Source: Lingula anatina (taxonomy: Eukaryota; Animalia; Brachiopoda). From it: a DNA stretch of 64,000 bases. A program made the translations under genes and the position numbers. Below the pieces are notes generated by a model. The model saw only the letters and a program-made list of their open reading frames with translations, ran no database searches and had not been told where the DNA came from. This document shows positions 40,811 to 51,661 of this stretch, one piece after another. Location: assembly GCA_051362555.1 (NCBI GenBank), contig CM120640.1:68240788-68304787 (forward strand). The letters run 5' to 3'. The first letter of the stretch is position 1. Each line of letters begins with the position of its first letter.

Positions 40811-41641
40811 TTACAAAACATAACTTGTGGTATCTTTCATGGGATAATTTTCTGGACAATCCATCCACAGAAGAAAGGGGATAGCAAGTGGGACATAGAA
40901 AATGCAGTCCAGCAACCGGCTAAGAAAAGAAGCTTCCCAAATGGGAACCCCAAATGATGCAATCATTACCAGTAAGTAATCCAGCATTCCCATTGTTCCT
41001 CCAATTACCCCTGCCAGAACAAAGCCACCATGTCTGCCAACACAAGACACAAGTGCTGGGTAAATGGGTTGTCCATATTTCCTGTCAATTCTTCCTCTGA
41101 GGAGGTTGATGTAAACTACATATACCATGATCAGAAAGTAAAGTGCACATAAGAAATAATACCCAAACACTACAAGTCCAGTAAGCTCTCCCAAGTTGAC
41201 AGCAAATGTCATAACTGTGATACAGACAGCCACTGCAATCAGTGATAACCAGACTGTTATCATCAGATAAAGATGATAGGGAGGTCTTTTCCTCACACAA
41301 ATCACCACAGCAATTCTGAAATAAACACTGGCAGCAAATAACAAGAGCAAGTTGGTAACATAGCCCATGATCACAGAGGTTTGTACACTGGGACTCTGGA
41401 TGTTGCCAGTGCTGTCTGTATTATTATTTATGGTTGCATTGTCATTTCTGAATCCTGGTATCTCTTCTTGTACCACAACTAGCACTGAGAATACAGTGTG
41501 AGTAATGAGGTACTGAGTATAGAGCAGCCAGAGTCCACTGTTAGGTCGCTGCCGCAGGAGCACTATGACCATGGTTCCCACTGCACATGTGCCACCCCAC
41601 AGGACCATGCCAATCCTGGATAAAGGCCACTCGGCACTCAT
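40811..41641 (-). CDS. Uncharacterised seven-transmembrane protein, paralogue A (276 aa, single coding exon)
   Basis: Open frame starts at CACC-ATG just after a splice acceptor (TTTTACTTGTAG). Seven hydrophobic segments. Aligns end to end with 43667-44422 (LLRQRP, LLLFAASxYFR, VSCVGR, GVIGGTMGMxDY, IWEAxFLSRLLDCxFY, DCPENxPMKDT). Confidence 0.85.
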   Translation of the reverse strand: MSAEWPLSRIGMVLWGGTCAVGTMVIVLLRQRPNSGLWLLYTQYLITHTVFSVLVVVQEEIPGFRNDNATINNNTDSTGNIQSPSVQTSVIMGYVTNLLLLFAASVYFRIAVVICVRKRPPYHLYLMITVWLSLIAVAVCITVMTFAVNLGELTGLVVFGYYFLCALYFLIMVYVVYINLLRGRIDRKYGQPIYPALVSCVGRHGGFVLAGVIGGTMGMLDYLLVMIASFGVPIWEASFLSRLLDCIFYVPLAIPFLLWMDCPENYPMKDTTSYVL

Positions 41642-42954
41642 GGTGCTACAAGTAAAACATAACAAATGTTCAACTATCAAAGGGTTAAATGAAAACTTGA
41701 GGTTATTCAGCATGTAAAATGGTGGAATTTCATCCTTTTAAGGACACACCCGTATTACAATACGTAAACCCAACATACTGAACGTAGATCCTACAGCAAT
41801 CATCCTAATAGCTTCATATATCTTGGGTTAAAACATTCCTCCAAAAGAAATTAAAGCTGACAGAAGAAACATAACATGCAAGTTTTCTTACCATAAGTTA
41901 AAGAACTCTCAGCCAGATTTTAGAACTTGCACAAATATCAGTCGGTGGTCACCACTTAAAAACAGAAGCTTCCAGGTTACTGTCAGTTAGTGTCCTAGAT
42001 AATGACACCTTCCAATCCAAACCTTCTCTCAACCCTCTGTTCTAACACAGGTAATCCCTGTGTACACAAACAATCACAGACCACCGCCCTGGTGTCCACA
42101 CAATATAACCGTCTTTATCAGCCAGCAGGTCATGGTCACAGGTGAACTATGCAAACTACACTGGCATACATACAGAATCAAAATTATTTATTTCAATAAT
42201 AATAATAATATCAAAATTTATTTCATGTCACAAAGAATAATATACAATGTAATTTAAAAAGATCACTGAAGAAAATTGCAGTAAGGGCAAGATATATTTT
42301 ACTTTACAGACGTATCATTGATTTTTCATCAAACAACATCAGTTTTGTGAAGCAACATTCCTTATGACATAAATTATTGTCTAGGTCTTTCATATATTTC
42401 TGGATATCATTTTGTCAGTGAAACAATATTTTTATGGATTCAAATGCATACACTTTGGAACACAAATCTTGAAATGGAAAACAATTTTGACTTCATAAAT
42501 AGTAACTATAACCTGTTCATGATACCCTTTCCCCTCAAGACAAGTTGAAAAACTGACTTTTTTTATCAACTTTCCACATGAAAGTTTTAAGTCCAAACCT
42601 TCACAGCTCACGTGTACCTTCACAGATCACATAGCCACATCTCTTTTCTCCCAATTTATGTTATGTTGGAATATGGATTGAGGACTTGGTCCTACACCTT
42701 TATGGGGATAGAATTAAGGGGGAATTCCAAGTACTCATCAACGGTGTTCAAAGCAGAAAGAAGCTGACACACCCTCATTAAAACTCAAACATAGAATACT
42801 TCAACTCTTTCCACAAGGAAATCCCTTCATTTTACAATATTTTGGAGAAATGTTGGTCTTTGTAAAAACTAGATCTTTTCAATGAAGGAAAATTGTGAAT
42901 TTTACATGTACTGTATTTTTTAAAGCTGTAAATTCTTGAAAATACAACATTTCT

Positions 42955-43105
42955 ACCGAGTGGCAGCAACAAAACTGAGAAGCAGGCTACTTTGAATGTA
43001 AAAGCACCACAAATGCTACACAAAAATATTATTGATGATTACAAAACTATTTATCTGACAATTGATAACTTCTCCCTGTTGAAAAGACTGTGTCATTACT
43101 GTACG
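42955..43105. repeat. Dispersed repeat fragment, homologous to ~47633-47780
   Basis: GAGTGGYAGCAACAAAAYTGA...GTAAAAGCACCACAAAT...TGATAA...TTGAAAAG is shared between the two sites in direct orientation. Confidence 0.6.
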
Positions 43106-43355
43106 TCATACTTGGTATCAAGCACTCTTATCAATAAGTTAAAATAAAATCATAAAATCCCATATGAATTTGGCAAAAAAAAAAAAAAATAGTTACAGGG
43201 CCAAAATAAATCATCCAATACAATTAACTGCATTTGTCAATGATGAATCATTAGCTACTCAGTATAGGGTAGATGTTAAAAAAGAATGAATTTCAAATCT
43301 TTATTTACAAATTTTAAATACATACCTCACCTCATATTTGGTCTGTACCTATATT

Positions 43356-43530
43356 TTCCTTATGTCATGGTCTGTTTATTGGATTGATTACATTACTTTT
43401 GTACAATGGGCTTTCAAAAATACTCTAATCTGTATGCATATATCTTCCTTATGTCATGGTCTCTTTATTAGATTGATTACATAACTTTTGTACAATGGAC
43501 TTTCAAAAATACTAATCTGTATGCATATAT
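43356..43530. repeat. Tandem duplication, ~89 bp x2
   Basis: TTCCTTATGTCATGGTCT..TTTATT.GATTGATTACAT.ACTTTTGTACAATGG.CTTTCAAAAATACT..AATCTGTATGCATATAT occurs at 43356 and 43445. Confidence 0.85.
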
Positions 43531-43666
43531 GTATACATCATTGTAAATGTTTTGTATCTATAATTCTCTGTACAGTTTTTAACAATGTATGCCCCATTAA
43601 GAAGCATTCTTCACACCAAAGTAAAACGTTTGACACAAACACAGAAACAAACAGTTTTGAAGTTTT

Positions 43667-44422
43667 TCATCTAGTATCTTTCATTGGAAAGTTTTCCGGG
43701 CAATCCAGCCACAACAGACATGGAATAACCAACGGAATGTAGAAAACGCAGTCCAGCAGTCTGCTCAGGAATTCTGCCTCCCATATGGCCACCCCAACTG
43801 CAGGTAGCACCACTATAAAATAGTCTATCATCCCCATCGTGCCTCCTATGACACCAAGCAGGACGTATCCAATGGGTCTTCCCACACAGGACACCCAGGG
43901 TCTAGAGGACATCAAGTGGTCATTTTCAGGTAGTAGTTCTCCTCTCAGAACACTGCAGTACACTTTATAAAGGCCCACTAAGGCAAACAGAGCACATGGA
44001 CAGTAGTACACAAACACTACAATACTTTCCTGTTCTACTAGTTTTGCAGCATATGTAATGATGGTCAGTACAATAGCAAAGACTGCGAAAGATCCCCATG
44101 CTGCTATGGTGAGATAGCGATGGATTGGCGGCATCATCCTGAAGTATATCACAGAAGCTAGGCGAAAGTAGGTGCTTGCAGCAAACAACAGCAGGATATT
44201 GTTGAAATAATTGAGGATTGCATTGACACTGCTGGTCTCCACTCCTCCCTGAATTACTTTCAATGCTGAGAAAATAGCATGAGTGGCTAGGTACTGCAGG
44301 TAGATGACAAATATGCCATTGCTGGGTCTCTGTCTCAGTAGCACCATGGTCAGTGCCCCCAGACCACAAGTAGTCCCCCACAGGGTATATCCTATCCTGG
44401 TTAAGGTCCACACAGAACTCAT
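43667..44422 (-). CDS. Uncharacterised seven-transmembrane protein, paralogue B (251 aa, single coding exon)
   Basis: Intact ORF MSSVWTLTRIGYTLWGTTCGLG...DCPENFPMKDTR with seven hydrophobic segments; clear paralogue of 40811-41641; upstream acceptor CTTACAG near 44516. Confidence 0.85.
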   Translation of the reverse strand: MSSVWTLTRIGYTLWGTTCGLGALTMVLLRQRPSNGIFVIYLQYLATHAIFSALKVIQGGVETSSVNAILNYFNNILLLFAASTYFRLASVIYFRMMPPIHRYLTIAAWGSFAVFAIVLTIITYAAKLVEQESIVVFVYYCPCALFALVGLYKVYCSVLRGELLPENDHLMSSRPWVSCVGRPIGYVLLGVIGGTMGMIDYFIVVLPAVGVAIWEAEFLSRLLDCVFYIPLVIPCLLWLDCPENFPMKDTR

Positions 44423-44938
44423 ATTGATTCAATGCCACAATGAACTTGAATATGGTTGTTGGTACTGTATCTGTCAAGCTACACGTCTACAATGTATGTC
44501 TTTTTAAAAAGTTCTGTAAGAATGGAAAGAAAAGTTATTTTGTCTCTATATAAAAACACAGGGTATGTATAATGAATGTTCATTTCAAAATTAATAAATG
44601 CTTAAAGATAGGAAAGGTAATATGCCTGCGGTAAAAAAATGAAATTGTCTGCCAGTGAGCATTCTAAAATTCAATACAAATGAATAGAAATTGACAGAAC
44701 GATTTTGCTGAAAAATAACAATACCCTGTAGACTACATTAACAAAAAACAGTAATAAAATTATAGAAAGGACTGGAGAAAATGCAGCAGGACAGCTGAAA
44801 GAGATGCTGAGATGGGGTGGAGAGCTTGGGGTAACAGAGGACAGCAGAAAGAGAGAGGGATGGATGCAGTGGAGAGTAAGGGGGTAGTGGAGAAAAGCTT
44901 TTTATCGTCTCTCCGAGAAAGACAAAGTCAGAGGGACA

Positions 44939-46722
44939 ATTAACCCATTACAGTGACGTCATATTTGCTCCGTAACACTAGTCCCGCGGCCATGCTGGAG
45001 GGAATGAACGACGGGGAATAGTAGCGGTAATATAGGTGAACCAAATAAAATAAAATAAACTTCATATCGCGATCAAGTACACCAAAGGGAAAAGGATATA
45101 TACAAGCTGAAGCTTCAGCTGCTCAGCAGGATCGACCAATATGAACTCAAGACAGTCTAAAAACATGAAATCCTACCAAATGCTACTTATCCAACATCGT
45201 GTTGTCAGAAGATAGTTCAGTTATTTTGTACTTCATTTTTCTTGTTCATTGGGTAATAACAGTTATAGTTTGAGAGAGTTTAATGTGTAATCATGTTTAA
45301 CCTTACATAGAAGCAACTTTTTTCATAAAGGATAGATATAAGGAGAAATTTGAGCTGATCATCAGGATAAACCCTTGTGGACTCAAGGAAGAATGTATGC
45401 AGGATTGTCATAAAGTATGACATGAAATATTGCTGTCAGTTATGACTTATCTCTACATCGTGAAGCTGTCAGAAATTATTTCAGCATTCTTGTACTTCAT
45501 ATTGGTTCATTAGAAAGTACATGTAACAAGACTGTTGTTTGAGAGAGTTTTATTATTCACCATGAATGCAACCATTCATATAAGCAACATGTTAGGATTT
45601 TATTATTATTCAGTCATTCACAGAAGCAAGGCATTTTTCACACTTATGTATTTATGATGTCCAATGTAAAATAACAATAATTCAGTTCATGAATTGATCT
45701 TCATTTCTTTTTTTTTTTTTTTTTTTTTTTTGATAATTAATTTACTTGCGCCCAATCAGTGTGGCTTGGTGGGAAATGCCAGTCAATTTCCTAAATGTAA
45801 ATTAATAGAAAGATGACAATAGTGATTTTTATTCGTATTGTAACTTACAACATTACAGTTGAAAGGAGCAGAATTTAACATTTTTACAGAGGAAAGTGCA
45901 AATTCATTTCATGAGGTTATATGTCAATTACACCTGAGGTAGAATTTACTTGCAAAATAAAATTACTCTTATCACTACACCAAATCGAAAATTAAGCCAC
46001 TAACTTCCAAATGCACCTCATACAGGTAATTGATTTAATTGGCCCAGCTCAGCTGTGTACAGTACAAATATAGCCTTGACACTAATTGGCAATAATGCTA
46101 ACCAGGTATTAAAGAGGTAGGTGACAGCCGATAAAATCTAGAGAGCACCGTAACTGATAACAAATTACACCCAAGGCAATAGGTGAGTCTTCATTATAAA
46201 AGTCGACACCCTGCCTGGGTATTTCCACACGTTTTAACAAATTAACACACTCTCCACCCAAACTTTTTGGGCACTACTTTAAATATATATGTAGTGTACT
46301 GTACGTGCGCCCCAAATGTACACACCTAGGTCTTTGGTTTTCTACTGTTTTTTCTTTTATGGTAAAATCTGCACAGCTGGCTCTCCATTCTTTGCTATAA
46401 AATAAATTAGTTTTATCCTTTACTTTTCCGAAGAGTCTTGATTCAAAGCCACCTCGCCGTCTCTCCTCCGTTTATGGTCTTAGTTCCTTCACCATGGATT
46501 GTTACCACTGCAGGCAGCCTGTGAACGCTTGTAAAGTTAGTTATCTTCTCTCGATCAAATAACCTGCAGTAATTCATCATTTTGCTCGGTTAAATATCAA
46601 AGAAAATACAGAAAACGAAAACTGAACTGCAGGCATGGCTTGTTCATGCGCAGCAGACGATTCCGGTCTCCCTCCAGAATGGCTGCCGTTTGTTTTGATG
46701 ACGCAGGCTCTAATGGGTCAAT
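44939..46722. mobile_element. Non-autonomous TIR element, PIF/Harbinger-like (~1.8 kb)
   Basis: Left end ATTAACCCATTACAGTGACGTCAT...GCGGCCATGCTGGAGGGA; right end reverse-complemented ATTGACCCATTAGAGCCTGCGTCAT...GCAGCCATTCTGGAGGGA. No transposase ORF; superfamily assignment is inference. Confidence 0.6.
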
Positions 46723-47999
46723 ATCAAGCCATCTTTAGTGTTGCTGTAGGCAAAGCAGATAGTTATGTCCTACTAATGTTTTTATTTGAATGTTTCAAAA
46801 ATTGTCAAACAAAACTATGCAAATATATAAATAAATAATCTGCACTGAGCTGCAATTAATTTGCATTGAATTTGTCATTGATGGGTTTTCTAGTGTTTTA
46901 AAAAATCTACATGGACTGCATGTATTAAAAAAAAACTAAAAAAATTCTTTTAATCCATGCAATTTTATTTTTGAAACTTAACCTCGTGACATGCACCCCA
47001 AGGCTCTATGTAAGGTTTGCCAACTTTGGGTGACAGCACTTATTACCGCCAGCAGGTGCGTGGATAGAATCGTATGTTTTCGCAAGAAAATTACTACCGG
47101 AGTACATGATACGCTCTTACCGTTATCCTCACCTCAAGGAAAATTGTTACATGGTCTTGTATTATAAAAAGAAAGGTTCTTATAACTGATTCTCTGCTTT
47201 GAAAACCGAAGAATCTAAGCTCCCAAGTATAACGCCATTTTGTTCGCACTTTGTTTACGTCTTGGCTTCTACATGTACTTCCGGAAGTGCGCAGGTATCG
47301 TGATCGTCACCGGTTTCGTTTGCTAGATAAGCATGCGAAAGAAGAGCACGATGCACCTCTGTATGTAGTATGGGAAGTTTTAACACGCAAGCTTACTTGA
47401 ATATTTTAAGTTGGAATTCCTATATGGCTCACTGAAAATCATTGTTTTCGGTATAACAAGCGAAAAGTGACGAATATAGAATAATCCAGCTTTGCTGAAA
47501 GTCGTTAAAGGAAACCCTCGAATATACGGCTATTACGGCCTATTAGTCGTTACCGTTGCCATTTTAATAGATTGCTGAAACTACAGATACTTTATTTTTA
47601 AGTCATCATTTCTTAAATTGAGAACATTCACATTGAGTGGTAGCAACAAAATTGAAAGCATTCTATTCTACGTAGTAAAAGCACCACAAATACTTTAAAA
47701 ATATAATTTTTGAGATTATGAAAATATGCATCTGAAAGTTTGATAATTTTTACCCATTGAAAAGGTTGAGTAATTACCGAAAAATGTAACTGGCACGGTT
47801 ATTCAAATTAACTCACAACTTTAAAATGCCAATTTGGTGAAAAAATGAAAATTTCATGTCTTCAAGAAAAACAGTCCAATAAAGTTGTAATTCTTCTCAT
47901 GACATTATTTAACATTTAAAACACTTTTTTGGAAAAAATGTTATATTAATCTTTTTAAACTTGCTCCCAAGTTTTGCAAGCTTGTCCATCCTCAATTGT

Positions 48000-48002
<3 letters not shown>

Positions 48003-48052
<50 letters not shown>
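48003..48052. repeat. (TA)n microsatellite
   Basis: About 25 TA units. Confidence 0.95.
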
Positions 48053-48056
<4 letters not shown>

Positions 48057-48602
48057 CAGCATATAAAACAACCTGCTTTGTCACCTTCAAAGTCACCTGT
48101 CACAATCAATGAAAGTAAAGTCTCATTGTTTATTTTAGTTATTTTTATTGCATTTGGAAGTTTGTTGCCTTTTTTCTGCTTTGGAGGATGTGTATGGTAT
48201 GCCTTTAACAAAATAACCCAGTTATTCATTTTCTAAAACAAATTTTCACAGATAAATCTAAAGACAAAGGAATACATTGTTTTTGTGAGCATAAGAAATA
48301 TTTGAAAAAAATTCCAGAAAATGACCATTTCTTACATAAACTCCCATTGAAATTTTATTTTCCAAATCATATTTATAAGCAAGTCATCTGTAATATAGAA
48401 ATATATTTAAAACATTATTATTACGAAAATTATTCAAATACAATTTCCTACATAACTTAATTTATTTTATCAAAAATTAAAAAATACTGGTAAAGTAAAC
48501 ATGTACACAAATTAATATAAATAACAGATAAAAAGATAATACTGATTTATTAAAAGTTTTTCTGCATGCTTAAGTAAGTCATCCTTAAATCACTAAATCA
48601 TA

Positions 48603-50710
48603 ACTAGAGGATCAGAGAGGCGATACCGCCTCCGAATATTGTACCACCAGCTGGAGCAAGCGCATTCGTATAGACCCCCACATACACAAAATAAGGGACA
48701 CAGCCACCAGTCTTGTGCTTGACAAGCTGTAAAAATGCAATTCACAAACATTTTCAAAATATGCAAAAAATATATATAACTAAAAATGGTACAATCAAAG
48801 TTAAGTTCATCGTAAGGTAGGTCAAAGGTCAATTTCAAGGTCACAGTAAATTGCCAGTATACGACTTCCTATTCAACTTCAATAGTAACTATAGACCTAT
48901 CTCTGCCAGGTTTGGAGTTAAAAGAGAAAGAAATTAGCAGAGTTCAGTTCATGATAATAAGTAGGTCAAAGGTCAATTTCAAGGCCACACTTAGATTGCC
49001 AGTATATGACTTCCTATTCAAGTTCAATAGTAACTATGGACATATCTCACTAGTTTTGGAGATCAAAGGGAACCAAAAATTGCTAAGTTCAGTTCATGGT
49101 AAACAGTAGGTCAAAGGTCAATTTCAAGGCCACATTTAGATTGCCAGTATATGATTTCCAATTCAAGTTCAATAGTAACTATGGACCTATCTCTGCCAGT
49201 TTTGGAGATAAAAGGGAACCAAAATTTGCAAAGTTCAGTTCATGGTGAAAAGTAAGTCAAAGGTCAATTTCAAGGTCACATTTAGATTGCCAGTGTATGA
49301 CTTCCTATTCCAGTTCAATAGTAACTATGGACCTATCTCTGCCAGTTTTGGAAATAAAAGGGCAGCAAAATTTGCAAAGTTCAGTTCATGGTGAAAAGTA
49401 AGTCAAAGGTCAATTTCAAGGTCACATTTAGATTGCCAGTGTATGACTTCCTATTCCAGTTCAATAGTAACTATGGACCTATCTCTGCCAGTTTTGGAGA
49501 TATAAGGGACTAAATGTTATAATTTTGGAGTTCCCATAATGTGCCATAAATTTCCTACAGAAAAAATTAATTAAAATAAAGAAAAGGTCATTTTGGTCAA
49601 AATTCTTGAAATGGGAGGTACTCTGAAGTTCCAAAAGTTCAAATTTGATGAAATAATGTCAATTATGACCACAAGTTGTCTGCTTTGCCAAGCCTTATGT
49701 TTTATTTTTCCAGAGTTTAAAATTTATTATCCATTACTAGTCAGTCGGTTAAGTCCAAATTATATCCAGAATTGTGCAAAAGATGATAAAAGCATGAAAC
49801 TTTCCACGATGAATATTTAAGAAAGCCGCTCATCCGAGTACTAATGAATTTTGGAGTTGCCTCCCGATCCAAAATAGACAAACACCCAATGGTCATTCAT
49901 CGTGGAAAGTTTCATGCTTTTATCATCTATTGCACAATTTTTTGGCTTAGCCGCCTCACTATACCGTACTGCACATTTTGCTTTCACCACCAATATGTAC
50001 TTTTTGATAGCGTAACTCCAAAACCGTTTGGAATACAAAAAAACGGAGACCACTTCCAGTGTTGGGCTTTACATGCTCTACAAAATGCAAAAAAGAATGG
50101 GTCTCTAGCATTAACGGTCCCCGAATTAGAGACAGTTTTCAGTTTTGGCATCTTATGGCCACTACTCCCGTGAAAATGCACCAATTGACCCCAAATTCAC
50201 GGAGATGAAAGATGACCTGAAGGGTAACACTTTCCAATAATATTATTGGTTAAGTCTGTGTGGTGTCTGAATAACAGGGCAAAAAAATTTTTTTTCGTAA
50301 AAAATCTTATTTTTTAAAAAATTTTGGCCCGTTTGACCTTGAAGTAAAGGTCAAAAGTCAAATCCAAGGGCATATTTGAAATCTACACATATGACTTTTG
50401 GAAAGCCGTCTGTAGAAATTTTTCCCATAACCCCTTCCGTAGGGTAGATAATTAGCATTTAATTTTGCCATTTTTGGACAAGGGTGCATTGCAATGAGTG
50501 CCACACCCAGACCCCAATACTGACAAAGCCCAAATTTTACGTGGAACGAGTTGAGATTATAGGTGACCTAAATCCAAGAGATGGGTACGGGGGCCCTTAC
50601 CGTCTAGGAGGAGAAGCAGTAACGGTAGCCGTCCGGCGGAGCCGGCGGAACGATCCGGACGGGACCGAAACCATGTGTACCGCCAGCGCTAACGCTGGTG
50701 GTACAATAAA
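48603..50710 (-). mobile_element. Non-autonomous Helentron/Helitron-type element (HINE), copy 2, inverted relative to copy 1
   Basis: ACTAGAGGATCAGAGAGGCGATACCGCCTC (3' end, 48603); sub-TIR GTACCACCAGC (48641); 5' palindrome GTACCGCCAGCG-CTAA-CGCTGGTGGTAC (50677-50704); internal blocks shared with 15413-17477 (e.g. GTGACCTAAATCCAAGAGATGGG, AAATCCAAGGGCATATTTG). Confidence 0.85.
48800..49510. repeat. ~146-bp tandem array (~5 units) inside HINE copy 2
   Basis: GTCAAAGGTCAATTTCAAGG recurs at ~48821, 48965, 49110, 49256 and 49402; reverse complement of the 16200-17085 unit. Confidence 0.93.
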
Positions 50711-51661
50711 TGCTACATTCTCACCCCAAAATTCTTTTCCCATTGACTGCTCCTAAAACGTAACTATGCTATGGGGCATTACCTCCCTTTCACATACCCT
50801 AATAGACCAACAAATATATAAATGCGCTTAGCTGGGGTTCTGTAAACGATGACTCTCTTATGAAATAGCCAGGTTTCCACGTTGTCAATAACCTAAACTA
50901 GCACAACACAGAAAACTGTAACTCTTGGATGTGAAAAATCTGCACTGCTTGTTGTGTACGGGCTGCACATAAATAGATTTCAATAAGGCAGAAACAAACA
51001 GAAGAGAAAAGATGGACACTTACAATTTTGTCAACCTAGCTAATGTGCACCAACTTTTTGAGAACTCACTGAATGTAATAAGGTTAACAGACTAATGCCT
51101 ATTGGTGTGGAATAGAATATAGCTCATAAAAGTTACTGATTACACTTACGAGTACACTGGAGACAAGAGGAGGCATGCAAGTATGTTAATCTGATTGCAT
51201 TCAGGGAGTTCCGTGAAGTGCGTAATAGCTAGTTTTGACAAAATTAATTGTGAACTGTCCAATAGCTATCTATCATGAATAGATTTTAGAAAAGTAACAC
51301 TGCAAAGGTTAAAAAATATTGACTTTCAATCAGTTTCAGACATCCAAGTCAAAAATTTTGGCACTATGACATTGCTTCCTTTCTAACTCTAACAGCAGCT
51401 GTATTCATCTCTTGCTTTAAAAAATATTCAACTTTCTGAATTTGTGCTGCAAGTATGCCACTAGGTTTATTTTAATGATATATTTTGTAAGCAGTGCCAT
51501 AAAACATTTGGTTTTCACCAAGAAATTCAATATGTCTGACAAGTTTGATGTACAAATTTAACATACAAATACCATATCTTTCGCTCCCAATTGGGGCAGT
51601 GCAATAGCTACCAGTCCCACAGTTGTAGAGTTTGGGAGATTGAGCACAAAAGACTAAGTAT

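Noticed and set aside
41642-41713. 24-aa N-terminal extension of 7TM paralogue A in the ORF track
   Set aside because: It lies largely in a polypyrimidine tract and acceptor upstream of a good CACC-ATG, and it has no counterpart in paralogue B.
15413-50710. The two inverted HINEs as TIRs of one giant 35-kb transposon carrying ARID1
   Set aside because: Each copy has its own complete 5' and 3' Helentron ends, their interiors differ, no TSD is shared and no transposase lies between them.
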